From assembly GCA_002269645.1 (NCBI GenBank), contig NIVC01000527.1, positions 372,001-436,000 of the forward strand: a stretch of 64,000 nt of DNA, in the 5' to 3' direction. The position numbers and the translations under genes were made by a program. Below are positions 50,401 to 62,736 of the stretch, piece after piece. The first letter of the stretch is position 1; each line of letters begins with the position of its first letter. Under the pieces are notes generated by a model. The model was given only the letters and a program-made list of their open reading frames with translations, did no database searches and was not told the origin of the DNA. This stretch comes from Macrostomum lignano (taxonomy: Eukaryota).

Positions 50401-53400
50401 GGAGGCGAAGAGTACAGTTTGCTTATTGAAGCATTTGACAATCCTGGAAGTGCAGACAGCCTTCGGACAAGCAGAGCAATGATGATCAGCGTACTTGATG
50501 TCAACGACAATCCGCCACGATTTGCTCAGGACAACTTCACGATCACGTCGTTACTGGAGAGCATGGATTCGAATCAGTTAATTCGGGAAATTAGTGCAAC
50601 TGACGCCGATACCGGTGTCAACGCGCAGATCAGCTTTTCTCTGCGTGCCATCCCAGGTCAAAACTCTGACGCCTTGAATCTATTCTTTGTGACAACAAAA
50701 CAATCTGGATCGGTATTCTCTGCAGCAATATGGACTCGAAAGAGTCTTACGAGAGCTGTCGGTTGGTATAACCTTACTTTACTAGCAACAGATGCTGGTA
50801 CTCCAACAATGACAGGATCCACCAATCTTACATTCTTCATTGCCGACGTAAACGATCACAGTCCGGTATTTGTCTATCCAAATCAGACACAGACGGTGAT
50901 CCAGGTAAATGAATCCACGAATGCTTCGAGCACAATCGGTAAGCCCCTTTTAGTAGCCAAGGCGATAGATCAAGACTACGGAAACAACACTATAGTTCGA
51001 TTCGACCTTACGTCAAGTAATGGTGACAACGCAGCATTTAATATAGATGCCGTCTCTGGCCTCCTGACAGTGGCCACAAACCTGAATAGAGAGGTCAAAA
51101 GCGAATACCGCTTCTCGATAAAAGCTTACGACCTCGGAGTGCCGCCGCTAACAACGATGGTCAACATAGTTGTTCAAGTTTTGGATGTGGACGAAAGTCC
51201 GCCAGTGTTTGGGCCGGATTCGCGGGTGCAGCAGCTGAGCGTGCCAGAGAATTCAGTTCCTTCGTCCCTCATCCCGGGGCTCACCATTTCTGGCGTTCGG
51301 GTTGGATCTATAGCGAAAGCTTCCGACCCGGATGTAACCGACAAGTCAACACCAATATGCTATTTTATGTTAGGTAAGTCTCGTCAGTATGATTAACTTA
51401 TAGCTTTTGAGAGGTGCAAAACTAAAATTCAGTCATCCTCTTCCGAATAAATGAATGCAGACCCAGTCTACTATCTGTTCTATCTAAATAAGACCAGTGG
51501 AGATTTGTACGTCTTGTCGGCGTTGGATCGCGAAGCAGCTCCTCAATACAATCTTCATGTTATTGCAGTTGGAGCGAGTCAGTGCAACTCAAGTAAGATA
51601 ACTTCCTTTTTTCTCGATAGACACGAATTCATGTCTAAATAGAAACGTTAAAACCCACTTACAGCGGCATACGAGTGGAAGAATGCAACAAACCATCGTG
51701 TGAAGAGGTACTTGGATACAACACCCATAGCCTACAATCCAAATAATGCCACAATGGCCCTGATTGTAGTCAATGTTGGTGACGTGAATGATAATCCACC
51801 AGTGTGGAAAAATTCGATTTACTACGGTGGAGTCAGAGTCACAGATCCGCCAAGCACCACAGTGTTCAACTTTGCCGAGTTTGTCACCGATGCGGACATC
51901 GGGAATAACAGCTTGCTCACATTCGGCATGACCGGACCAACGCCCGACAACCAGAAGCTGAGAACGCAACTTGCCAGCCGTGAAATCTTGGACTCCGTGT
52001 TCACTCTGGACAATAGGACTGGGGTTCTGAAGACCGGAGACAAAACATATTTCCAGGAAACCATGACCGGCGCCGTATCGTTCAATGTGACCGCATCAGA
52101 CTCAAAGTATTTGGCCACCACCATGTGCACAATTTACCTTCTGAGCCTAGAACAGCAGCTTATTGTCGTCATGAGTGGAGTTCCGGCAAATGCCACGCGA
52201 ATTCGAGACGCCTTCGTTAGCTACCTGTCTAATATTACAGGATGGCGAATTGTGGTCGATAACATTGTTACACATAAAAACGATGACGGCACTGCCGACA
52301 ATAGCAAGTGAGTACATGCAACTGTCGCAATTGGTACTAATCGATTTACATATATCGAAGCATTTTTCTTTGTGCACATTCTCACTTGTTTTCAGAACCG
52401 ATATGTACATCCATGCGATAAATCTTAAAGACAATAGCATTGTTCCCGCGGCAACTGTGCGAGACAAAGTCGACCTCCTGTGGCCTGAGATGGTTGCTAT
52501 TTACAAGACATTTGGCGTCCTCCAAGTCAAGCTGGCATCGCAGCCGGCCTCGTCTGACTCGATTCTGGAAATAATGCGGATCGCCCTGATTGTGGTGGCC
52601 TGCAGCCTGGCCATATTGCTGTTCTTTGCCTGCGTCTCGCTCTGGTCGTGCCGACGGATGTACCGTAGAAAGTTGAAGGCCGCCACCGCCGTTGCATTTG
52701 GTAATTGATTGTAGCGAGCGTATTTATGCTTTTATAAAAAGTCTGATTTTTAACGCTCCGTGACAACTTTTATTGCAGGCACGAATGGACACTCAAACGC
52801 TCCTAGAACACCTGGAACTAATATGCACACATACGAGGGGTAAGCTCAGACTAATAAGTTATCTAATTATTAGTGTGATTGTACTGGCATGCATTAGAGA
52901 GCCACAATTTCTCAAACACTTACACGTAGCACGCATGCTCATTAATATTTCTTCAGTTTGTCCTATTTCTAATCAGGTACAGGTATGTAGAGGCGTGTCT
53001 TTCTCCTCACAAATACCAAGCACAAACGTTTTTTTCTTCAATTTAAAAATTCGGCTGATCCCGTCCGCTGCGATCACAATTTTGTAGAGCTGATTTGAAA
53101 TCCTTTTTCACACCCCTTACACAGCTCGAATCCCATCTGGCTGGAGGCGTACAACATGAACCAGTACGACAACAAGAACTTTGAAAGGTATGCATGCGTA
53201 GATGAATGCTTTTTGGCTAAGTACCATGAAATTCAGGGGATTTGCCGACTTCTTGTAATTCTAAGTTGCTTCAAACAATAGCTCAACTGTTTTCTTGGCG
53301 GTGCGCCATAAAAGAAAGTCAACCTCTACACTATAGTTGGCACTTTGGGGCGAGAGAATTGGTTGCTAAGCTACAGAAAAAATCTGAATTCTGCTTCCTC

Positions 53401-54529
53401 CAAAGCCGAAACCAGCTGGTTTGTTTGCTCAAGCCCGCGGGGTTTTTCAAACAATAGCAGGCATTGCTTAGCATAGCAAAGCAATTGTGATTTCTTCAAT
53501 AACGTGAGCAATAACGTGACCAACGGGGCGGATCTGAAGCGTGATAAATCCGCCGATTTCAGCGCTAAGCCTGGCTTACTGGGCTTTGTTGAATCCAGCT
53601 GGCAGACCGGAGCCGCGACTTGCCTGGGAGAAAAGAATAAATCGTATGAGAATAAATACTAATAGCTCAAGAACAAAATCTTTTTATGGCTGAGGCAGTC
53701 ACGGCGGCTTGCAAGTTCTTTCTTGATTCTCACGCGGCGGCTTTCTAGCAGCCGACTCAGCCGCTACCTGGACTCCTGAGCACTTCAGAGCTTTATTATG
53801 GGCGTTTCTGCTTCTTTTGTATGCTGTTGAATTTCCGAAAGACTGTTTGAAATTCAGAAAAACTTTGCCGAGAAGTTTTTGCTGTGTGTTTGGCTTTTAC
53901 TGCCTTAGATTTTTTGCGTACTGCATTTATAAGAACTACATTTTCTAGTTTTAGCATAGACCAGAGAGCAGCCTCAAGCTTTCTGGGAACGTACGAGTTT
54001 TTATGTACTCATGGTTATATGTTTATTAATGTAAACGGGAGATGGCTTGATTCTGCAGGATTCATTCTACGAGGATGATTAGTGCACACGTTGCTAGATA
54101 AGGGTGTAAGGCATAAAGAATTAGAGTTAGGAGATTGTCGGATTGAACCGAGAATAAAAGGAATGATGAAAAACCAAACAAACTATAGGACTGTTTAATG
54201 AGAAAAGCTGGTAAAGTATAAAAAGCTTACGCAGTTACGCCAATCCTTTGCGCCATCGCAGCAGCGACAAAGGCGACTCCATCGACAGCAGCCAGATGGA
54301 GCCGGCCGATCAGCAAATTGAAATGCGCTTCGACGAAGTAGAAAAGACCATGGAGTTCCTCAACGACAACATCTCCGAGTCCGGCTCCACCAACTTCCGC
54401 AACAGCCGCGAGATGCTGTCCTCGGCGGTGGACGCTGGCCCGGACATTCTGGCCGAGCCGACTCCAGGCCCGGGCGACGATGGACTGGCACCTGTCAATC
54501 TGAACGGCGTCCCGGCCACCAGCATCTGA
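44450..54529 (+). CDS. Cad87A: Cad87A/CDH23-family non-classical cadherin, about 1975 aa, about 14 EC repeats
   Basis: 17 phase-consistent exons: 44450-44540, 45656-45784, 45861-46018, 46117-46176, 46250-46342, 46440-46526, 47227-48093, 48171-48335, 48412-48479, 48586-48844, 48922-51373, 51461-51592, 51665-52307, 52396-52700, 52779-52839, 53125-53187, 54235-54529 (5928 nt). Signal peptide, 13 DxNDN-type linkers, LDRE motifs, TM IALIVVACSLAILLFFACVSLW, and tail motif PGTNMHTYEGSNPIW typical of Cad87A/CDH23. Orthology is by motif only. Confidence 0.85.
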
Positions 54530-54766
54530 GAGCTTAGCAACTGAGTGCCCAATTAAATATTTCTCGTTACACACTAAGGCAGTAAATTTTGACTAATCAG
54601 CCTAATAATTTATCCGTTCACACCCTGTCATAAAAAATACGGTTAATGAAAAAAGTTACGAAAAATGTAATGCAAGTGTTCACAAAAATTGACTGATGTG
54701 TTATCAGGCATTTCCAAACCCCAGCTTCCTCACCCTCACTGTACATTTAAGTCTCGCTCGGGCCTC

Positions 54767-55260
54767 GGTTCCACTTTCCTACCCCATTAACCCTCCATTC
54801 TTGCCTAATGTACATTTATCGCTGAATCAAGCCCCTTCAACTTTCTTACCCCATTAACCCTCCATTCTTGTCTAATGTACATTTATCGCTGAATCAAAAA
54901 GCCCCTTCAACTTTCCTACCCCATTAACCCTCCATTCTTGCCTAATGTACATTTATCGCTGAATCAAGCCCCTTCAACTTTCCTACCCCATTAACCCTCC
55001 ATTCTTGCCTAATGTACATTTATCGCTGAATCAAGCCCCTTCAACTTTCCTACCCCATTAACCCTCCATTCTTGCCTAATGTACATTTATCGCTGAATCA
55101 AACCCCTTCAACTTTCCTACCCCATTAACCCTCCATTCTTGCCTAATGTACATTTATCACTGATTCAAACCCCTTCAACTTTCCTACCCCACTAATCCTC
55201 CATTCTTTCTCAATCTACGCTCGTACATTTTCGCTGAATCAAGCTTTTTCCACTTTCCAA
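54767..55260. repeat. Minisatellite, ~67-bp unit (CCCCATTAACCCTCCATTCTTGCCTAATGTACATTTATCGCTGAATCAAGCCCCTTCAACTTTCCTA), about 7 copies
   Basis: Direct tandem periodicity (spacing 67, 70, 67...). The last copy is diverged. Confidence 0.95.
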
Positions 55261-57114
55261 CCCCTCTGACCTTCACTCACTCGCCCGTTGTAAAAGGGGT
55301 CATTTTTAGCTACGGAATGGAGTCTAGTATCTTGTCTGACCAGTAGACTAGAAACTCCAGCTGTTCCATCCAAGTGGCCTGTTTGCACTCCTAAGTTTTT
55401 TATCCAGATTAGCTAAACTTGCTAATGGAGAGCTAAAATGTACTGCCAACGTGTTTTAAAAAGCATCACCAGATGGCCATTTAATGCGTCACATCGAACT
55501 CTTGAGGTGCAGCATGCAATTTTCGTTTTTTCAATACGCTTGCTATTTCGTCTATGCATCCCGTCTTTCTCATTTGCTAAAGAGCATTCACTTATTGGTT
55601 TAAACTACTAAACTGACATTAAAATTTGCTAGTCTGCGTAGGAATATGCAAGCCTGGAGGTCGGTTTTCTTAATTCTTATGTAACAAAAATTTTGTATAG
55701 AAATGCATAGCATGCTACTCGATCTATTGTAATATTACTCTGCAACAGTCAAAAGTAGCACGTCGATCGAGGGGCGGATTCCGCGACACTCGTGAGTGAA
55801 TTAGGAGAGAGAAATTTGCGTCCTCGCTAGGAGGGTGCTTGCGGTTCTCCCCAATTCCCTCAACTTTAGACTGACGCAGTGGCTGAGAGGTGACAGTTCG
55901 CCGCTCGTTAGGGGTTCCACTTTCGACTATAGCTGATATAGTTTGAATTAAATTAAAATAGAAATAAAAGACTTGAGATTAATCTGTATCTACTTGTAAC
56001 AGATTCCTTTAAATAAAAAATTGCATGCATTTTACTACACATGGTGTCGTCCTGCAATATCTATAATCTAACAATTGCCACTTAACTGTACAATGTATGT
56101 TACAGGCGCCAGCTATAATAAAAATTTCTTTCTCCTCCTGATACCCTGAGAAAGCGAACCCTTTTCACTGTTTTTTGTTATGCAGTATACGTTCGCAACT
56201 TAAATATATATTAGAGTCCAAGGCTAACCAAACACTTGAGCGATGGATGCAGGCACCATTGAAAAACGAATCTGAAACAAAACACATATTGGTAGCAATG
56301 TGCATTATATACGCTGCAAGTAGGGCGATAAATTTTGTTATGCATTCAATTAATTGCTTAATATTTGACTCCGGGTATTCAAGTAAAACAATGAAAACGC
56401 AGGAAGCAAATCAGAGCGTGAAAGTTATTGGTTATTGGGCTAAACTCAATTTGGCCTTTAAATGTACGTTTACATTGTTAGCATTGTTACAGTACAGTTG
56501 AGCAGGATTTAAAACTCAGGGAAAGCAGGCAACTTTGAAAACTGAGTAGTGATCAGAAATTGGATACCGGAAATAAGCGAAAGTACAGTGTGGCTTTTAC
56601 ACCGGTTTTTAGTGTAAAAGTGTAGAATGCACGACATTAAACAGGGTTCTACGAGGAAAAGTTTGAAAAATTGGACTAAAAATCCATTTAGAACATTGAA
56701 TTCGAGAGATGGAAGAACTATAATTTTGCTCGAAGTTTTTTTCAGGGGTATTTTTTCTCAACTCGGAGTTAATAAACTTGTGGAACCTTAGCGGACCAAA
56801 CACAACTACTGTGGTTTCAAATAATTTTCGGTATAAAGTACAAAAGGGAACGGAATCTCGCTAGCTAATGCAATTTGAAACTAAAAAAATGTCTTCAGAT
56901 AAATTTTCCATAATTCTGAAATGTCACGTCCTCCTACTACCAGTGGTCCTGGCAGGCGAACAAATGCTGCTGGTCGAACAGACTTATTTGACAAAGCGAT
57001 CAGTAGAAATGGTCACGGAATTCCTCGCTAGACTGCCAGAAATTCTAGCAGGGTCTAGTCAAAGTCAATGTATAGGCTACTCATACACACGAGGAACATG
57101 CAGTTGCACTCAGC

Positions 57115-59745
57115 CTAATCATCCACCCCGTCCCCATCTGGCGCCAGCTCAACGCACAGCCGGTCATTGCGCAGCCCCATAGAGAAGGTTCGGCCGGGCA
57201 GGTAGAAGTCGTGACTGTGCCGGTCGTAGCGCGGCCCAACGGAATCGGTCACGTGACAGTTGTGCGCCACAGCCGCCGCCGAGTTGGACATGACCAAGCA
57301 GGTGCGCACGGGCGCCTCGGCGAAGCCAACAAAGGTGGCGAAGTTGTTGCTGAGCTCGGCGTGCGCCTGGCTGACAAATTCAACGGAGTGGTGGCCCGCC
57401 CGGAGGCTCGCCTGAGCGTTGAGCGCCGCCCCGATGGAGTTCAGGACTCGGGAGGCTGCGTCCCGATTCCAAATGCTCACCGACAGGGAGCCGGAGACAC
57501 TCAGGGCCGCGGAGCCGGTCAGAGCCGCCTGCACAATCAGGCCGTTCTGCAGGTGCAGTCGGGTTGCAAAGTCGTGCAGCTGGAAACTGGCTTGCAAGAC
57601 GTTGACCGGCTCCTCGGGAGCATTCCACACGGCCGACATCAGCCCGGAGCTGCCCGTGAAGAAGCGCCGAGGCCGCAGCCACTCACCCAACACGCTCAGC
57701 TGCAGGCCGGCTGTGGCCTCCTCGAGGAGCTCGTCATCCGGACTGGCTGCGCTGCCCTGGCCGCCACCGCCGCTGTCCAAGAGGCTGTCGACGGCGTCCG
57801 CGTACAGTCTCACGCCGAGAATGTCCAGCCCCGCTGATTGGTCGGAACTGTTGAAGGCCAGGCGAAAGTCGGACAGGCGAATACCGCCGAGCTTGTTGCC
57901 GAGGAGGTCAAACTCAAAGCCGACGTTTCCGTCGCGAAAAAGCAAGCCCCGTCGGTAGGCGGACGAGGTGAGCGGCTCCAGAATTTCCTCTGGGCCGGAG
58001 GGCAGCTGCCGGCTGTGGCGCCGGCGAATCGGCAGCCAGAGATCTGCGCTCCGACGCAGGCGTTCGGTACATTCAGGACAGGCCACCGGGCCGCCCAGAG
58101 CCGCCGAGATGGCGTAGCGCATCGGGTTGCTGAGCGGTACGTGGCGCTGGCGGAGCAGCCCAACAAGGTGGCTTCGCTGCTGGACGTCCAGTGGGCCAGA
58201 GACTTGCAGAACGCGAAGTCGTGCCACGGTAGCCTGGGAGCCAGCGGTGCCGTTCGCCAGGAGGCCACGCAGAATCGGCGTCCGGTAGAGGGGGCTGGGG
58301 CAGTTGGACATGGCGGACAGGACCGCCAGCTGGCAGTCGATGTCCTCGACGGCTTCGCAAGCAGCCAGGCGGTCCAGCAGCAGGCCTGAAACGTCTGAAT
58401 TTCTTTTGTTTGCCGCCGCCCACTTTCTGCTAAGCGTTGCCAGCGCGTGCAGAGCGGACTGCGCAGCTTCAGTTCGTTTGGCGGCCTCGAGGCGTGCCAG
58501 GAGGTCCCGGGCTCGCTCCAGCAAGGGTCGGCCTACTCGGCTTACCTGGGCAACCGAGAGCAGCAGCCGCTCCAATACGGAGTCGTCAAGATTGTCAAGA
58601 TTCTTAGCAACAAAGTCGAACAGGGCGCCAAGGCAAGGTCTGGTGCCACAGGCCGCAAACAGTTCCAGCACCGCGGGAAGCTGCCACTTGCCCAACGCCA
58701 GCTCCAGTTGCCGCCGAAGCGCCGCCTGATCGCGCGCTCCGCGAGCCAGCGGTAGACCTTGCACCAGCGACAGAGCCTCTGCTGAATGGCTCGCCTGGCC
58801 GGCCGTCTGAGCTGCCAGGCGAGACAGGAACTCAGCCAGGCGAGCTGCGGTGTCCGGTCTGTCGGCTGTCTCTGGTGATGTTGGCAGGGCGACCTCTCGG
58901 GTTGGTCTGCCAGTAGACTGCAGGTAAGCGGAGAGGGTCTCAAACTCTGGGACAGGTGCAGCCGTGGCTGGCTCGGCTTTCAACAAGGTTAGACGGCTGC
59001 TGGACGTCACTCGGAGGCCAAAATCGCCGGGTAGTCGGAGAGGCAGCAGCTCGTGACTTTCGCTGGCTGACACTGACACTGGCTGGCCGTTGCTGTTATC
59101 GCTGAATTCTAGAACGGTGACCGAGCTGGCCGGGTTGCGGCGGCGGACGGCGAACAGCGGATTGACGGAGTCCCGCTCGCCGGACAGCTCGACGTTTTCG
59201 CACGCCTCGGCGCGCTTCTCCAGCCGCCGCTTTCCGTTCTCCGACGGCAGCGAGGTGAACGACAGGCCGCACTCTCCCATGGTGTCGGCGACTCGCTCCA
59301 CGGACTGGCCGTTGGCGTCCTGGTAGCGCAACAACGAGGCCACACCGCGGGCCAAATTCAGCCACAACTGTTCGACACGCTCCGGCGCGACCACGGAGCC
59401 GAACCAGGCCGGCATGCTGGGCTCCTGAGCGGTCAGCAGGAACTCCGAGTCGGCTGGCGGTTGTGCGTCAGTCGCTGCTGCCGCCAGGCCGTTGCTCATG
59501 GATGCCGTCAGGAAGCAAAGCCTCAGGGCTGACAGTCCATTGGCGAACTTCAGGCGCACCAAGCTCAGATTGGATTTGAAAACCAGCCGACCAGCGTGTT
59601 TGGCGTCTGTCTGCTGCTGCAGCTCGCTCAGTACAGTGTCGGTCTCGTACTGGTAGGTGTACTGCACGCCAGGCTCAAATGCGATGCTCAGCTGTGCGCA
59701 TACACAAGCCAAGTATAGCCAGCAGAGCGAATGACTGCGCAGCAT
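57115..59745 (-). CDS. MTTP: Microsomal triglyceride transfer protein large subunit (large lipid transfer protein family), single coding exon
   Basis: 876-aa ATG-initiated ORF with a signal peptide. N-terminal FEPGVQYTYQYETDTVL (vitellogenin-N barrel), central helical domain, and LQLSVLGEWLRPRRFFTGSSGLMSAVW matching the MTP C-sheet motif (L...G..LRP..FF.G...LM...W). Confidence 0.85.
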   Translation of the reverse strand: MLRSHSLCWLYLACVCAQLSIAFEPGVQYTYQYETDTVLSELQQQTDAKHAGRLVFKSNLSLVRLKFANGLSALRLCFLTASMSNGLAAAATDAQPPADSEFLLTAQEPSMPAWFGSVVAPERVEQLWLNLARGVASLLRYQDANGQSVERVADTMGECGLSFTSLPSENGKRRLEKRAEACENVELSGERDSVNPLFAVRRRNPASSVTVLEFSDNSNGQPVSVSASESHELLPLRLPGDFGLRVTSSSRLTLLKAEPATAAPVPEFETLSAYLQSTGRPTREVALPTSPETADRPDTAARLAEFLSRLAAQTAGQASHSAEALSLVQGLPLARGARDQAALRRQLELALGKWQLPAVLELFAACGTRPCLGALFDFVAKNLDNLDDSVLERLLLSVAQVSRVGRPLLERARDLLARLEAAKRTEAAQSALHALATLSRKWAAANKRNSDVSGLLLDRLAACEAVEDIDCQLAVLSAMSNCPSPLYRTPILRGLLANGTAGSQATVARLRVLQVSGPLDVQQRSHLVGLLRQRHVPLSNPMRYAISAALGGPVACPECTERLRRSADLWLPIRRRHSRQLPSGPEEILEPLTSSAYRRGLLFRDGNVGFEFDLLGNKLGGIRLSDFRLAFNSSDQSAGLDILGVRLYADAVDSLLDSGGGGQGSAASPDDELLEEATAGLQLSVLGEWLRPRRFFTGSSGLMSAVWNAPEEPVNVLQASFQLHDFATRLHLQNGLIVQAALTGSAALSVSGSLSVSIWNRDAASRVLNSIGAALNAQASLRAGHHSVEFVSQAHAELSNNFATFVGFAEAPVRTCLVMSNSAAAVAHNCHVTDSVGPRYDRHSHDFYLPGRTFSMGLRNDRLCVELAPDGDGVDD

Positions 59746-60421
59746 GCTTGCTTCGTTGGTAATGCAAAGTTCGCTTCGCTGGTAAAGTATTCACCCTTTA
59801 ACTTCTGGTCTCTCTCCGTTCCCGCGTGCAGTTCCAGATGCGCAGCTTTTAAGCCGGGACGAGCCGAACCCTGACCCCGCTGTCTGCCTCTCTCCCTCCA
59901 GTCTTTCAGGCCACGTCATCATTAACAAAGCCAGCTCTCGAAACCCTTGCAGCGCCGCAGATAAGGCGATCCGATCGCTCTCCTGTCCGTACATCTCTCA
60001 CCCCCACTCTCTCCTATCATGCAAACCTGTGTGCAGAGCCTCCAGCCGTAGCTTCCTGTGGCTGCCGGCAATGTGCGCTCGCTCAGATTCGATAAGGATA
60101 AGAGCGTTCAGACCGGCATTGGCTGGCCAGAGCGCTTGGTCAGGATTGCTGGATTGCTGTGCAGATACGGTTCGTATTGTGCAGACGTTGCACATTTTAC
60201 TGATCCATATCAGCATTTGACTCCTCTAGTATTGGTGCACGTCATTTCAGCGTATTTACACGCGTAATCCTACTGAACTCAGTAGTAGTCTAATCAAGTT
60301 ACGTGCATAAAAAACTCAAATTTACAACTGTGATACGAGGTTTGAAAAAAAGGATTGAATTTAGCTTCTGAATCAAAAACGGCCTGTTGCGCATTTGTCC
60401 CTCGTGGAGTTTTTTATCTAC

Positions 60422-60640
60422 GAGCTAGATGGGCAAAATCAGGAGAGGGGAGAGGTGAGAGAGATAAGACAGATGAGGTGAGATTAGAGATAAAATAAGA
60501 GAAGAGATGACAGAGAATATGAGAAGAGAGAGAAAAGGAGATGAGAGAGGAGAAAGCTGAGAAGAGACACAAACCTTGAGCGGGCCAGATTGCTATTGGA
60601 AAGTTTCAAAGGACCCGAGGGCCGGATAGAGGCTTTACGG
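60422..60640 (+). mobile_element. Degenerate copy of the GA-core hAT-like MITE
   Basis: GA-rich core followed by AAACCTTGAGCGGGCCAGATTGCTATTGGAAAGTTTCAAAGGACCCGAGGGCCGGATAGAG, homologous to about 32600-32680. TIRs are not clear. Confidence 0.55.
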
Positions 60641-61629
60641 AAGATAAACAAGACGGTGCGTCTGGGTGCTCACTGATCTCAGACATTTGGCAGACTAAAT
60701 TAGCTGTGGATCTCAGATTAATTTACTCAACTACTGGAATTACTACTGTTACATAAGACGTACATCGAACTGCCTTACTGGGCAAATTTGAAGCCCGTTG
60801 TGTTTTCTGCTCTTTGTTTTTCAGCGCAGATCTGGGCCCGTTGTTGGCGAGGCCACTGCAGCTGTTGGACGCCCGGAGACAATATCGAATTTCCAATGCC
60901 ATTAGGGCGAATCCACCGGCATGCAGGTGAGCCATGGAGCTGGGCTGGAAGAAAATTGAAAGCGGAGGAAAAATCGTTGAGCTTATCAGAAACAAGAAGC
61001 TTCGCTGCGAGAGCGGCGGAGGATGGGGAAGGGGAGTTCGAGCTAAACTAATTAGCAGGGGTTGCGGAGGCCGGAGCCGGGCCACCTGGAACGCGGCGGT
61101 AGTTTTCCAGCCGGGAGTGTCGAAGAGCTGCAGGCGCAGAAACCAATCGCGCGTGGCAAGAATTCGACAGCAATAATTCTTCTCCAGCCTGGGGAAACTG
61201 CCGGTGCGAGAGGAGCTCGATACTGCCGGAGCCTGGCACTCTCCTTCCTCCCTACTGAATTCGCAGTTTTGCCTCTTTATTCATTGGCTCTTGCTTGAGT
61301 TTAAGATTAACCAATGAAAATATGGCGACTCTATGGATGCTAATTCATGTATAGCTAGCGCTCTGAAGTGTCGCTTTGAAAAGTGAAAAGAAGCTGTCAA
61401 CTTGATTTATTATTTACTGAGTGGCTGAGCAAAGTGCCTTCTTTGCTTCGCTTGACTCGCATGTCAAATTGAGATTCCTCAAAAGTGAGCAAACACAGAG
61501 CTTCAACCTGGCTGGCAGCCGCTCATGCGGTGTCACGCCCAGTCAGCAACAACAAGTGGCAGTGCAACATTTCAAATAGGCTGCTGGCCCTGGAGCAGCC
61601 CGATAGAAATCTGCTAGCGGCTGTCCAGA

Positions 61630-62736
61630 ATGTCTCTGATCCTTGTTTTCCCGCTGCTTTTACTGTTCATGCCCGGCTGCTGCAGCCGGCTGCTGGCGGC
61701 CGCAGTCGGCAACGCGAACGCCACCTTCTTGGTGGCCGGCTCCGGCCAGGCCGGGATGTTCCTCAGACCCGACGGGCCGCAGTTCAAGGCTCCGCCGAGC
61801 CAAGAGCTGACGCTGCGCCAGCTCTATGACTGCTTCGCCGTTCTGGACGCCGTCTGCCTGACCGGCGGATTTGACGGCCTGCTCAGGCTCGACACAGATG
61901 GCAGGACAACCGCACAGTGGAACGCCGAGCACAGTCTGCTGAGCAGCCTCCGGTCCGCTCTGTTTGCCGCGCACAGTCCAGACCGGCCGGCCGAGCGGCT
62001 CGCCCTCTGCTTCATCCTGCAGACACCGGACATCTTCGACCAGACCCGGCCGAGACAGGACCCGGTGTGTTTGCACTTTGCTGGGGGCGGCTTCGACTTG
62101 GAGAAGGCCATCCTGCCGGCCCAGCGGACCCTGTGCCGCATCGGGGGCGGTGAGTCGGACACCGTGTTCTTCCTCTGTCAGCGCCCCGCGCCGCCACTGC
62201 CACCAACCACGCCACCACGGCCTGGGCGAGCGTCCGTGCTGGTGCCGGACCAGCTGGAACCTCTGCCGCCGGAAGAAGCTGCAGCATCGGCATCGGCGTC
62301 AGCGTCAGCAGCGGCGTCTGTCGCTCGAATTCGCTGCGCCCTGATGTGGTTGGCCGGCTCGCTGACAGCCCTGGTGGCTCTGCTGGCGGCCTGCCTGCTG
62401 CTGCACGCGGTCGCCCAGGGCCGCACCAGCCAGCGCCAGTCAACTGTGGCGGCCGCGGCGGAGGCCGCCGCACTGCCGGACGCCTCCCTGTTGATGTCGT
62501 CATCAACGCTGCCCAGATCAGCGCCAGCGAATCGGCGGCAGACTCAACACGGCGGCAGAGGCGCCGCCACCACCGAGAAGGCGGCGCTGATGCTGACCAT
62601 CGGGCGCGACGAGGACGAATTCGCGGCGTGCGGCGCGGACGAGGACAGGGAGACTGGGTCGCCGGCCGGCAGTCAGTGCGGCTTCTGCCGAGCGCATGGC
62701 GGTCGGCTGCCACCAGCTGCTGAGTGCCGCCTTTGA
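61630..62736 (+). CDS. Type I membrane protein with a degenerate C-type-lectin-like ectodomain, Pro/Ala stalk, TM and low-complexity tail
   Basis: 368-aa GC-rich ORF. Signal peptide MSLILVFPLLLLFMPGCCS. Cys spacing VCLTGG..L / VCLHF / LC...VFFLCQ resembles the CTLD consensus. TM LMWLAGSLTALVALLAACLLLHAV. The domain call is tentative. Confidence 0.6.
   Translation: MSLILVFPLLLLFMPGCCSRLLAAAVGNANATFLVAGSGQAGMFLRPDGPQFKAPPSQELTLRQLYDCFAVLDAVCLTGGFDGLLRLDTDGRTTAQWNAEHSLLSSLRSALFAAHSPDRPAERLALCFILQTPDIFDQTRPRQDPVCLHFAGGGFDLEKAILPAQRTLCRIGGGESDTVFFLCQRPAPPLPPTTPPRPGRASVLVPDQLEPLPPEEAAASASASASAAASVARIRCALMWLAGSLTALVALLAACLLLHAVAQGRTSQRQSTVAAAAEAAALPDASLLMSSSTLPRSAPANRRQTQHGGRGAATTEKAALMLTIGRDEDEFAACGADEDRETGSPAGSQCGFCRAHGGRLPPAAECRL

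Noticed and set aside
53461-53560. Hairpin GGCGGAT...ATCCGCC with AATAACGTGA direct repeats in a cadherin intron
   Set aside because: A 7-bp stem can arise by chance, and there is no recognisable ncRNA or Helitron terminus.
54059-54103. Candidate extra cadherin exon (DSFYEDD*)
   Set aside because: Its phase is incompatible with exon 16, which splices in frame directly to 54235. It could only be an alternative terminus and is unsupported.
57211-59365. Numerous overlapping ORFs opposite or within MTP, and likewise around 61485-62739
   Set aside because: They are GC-rich shadow ORFs of genuine coding sequence and carry no independent motifs.
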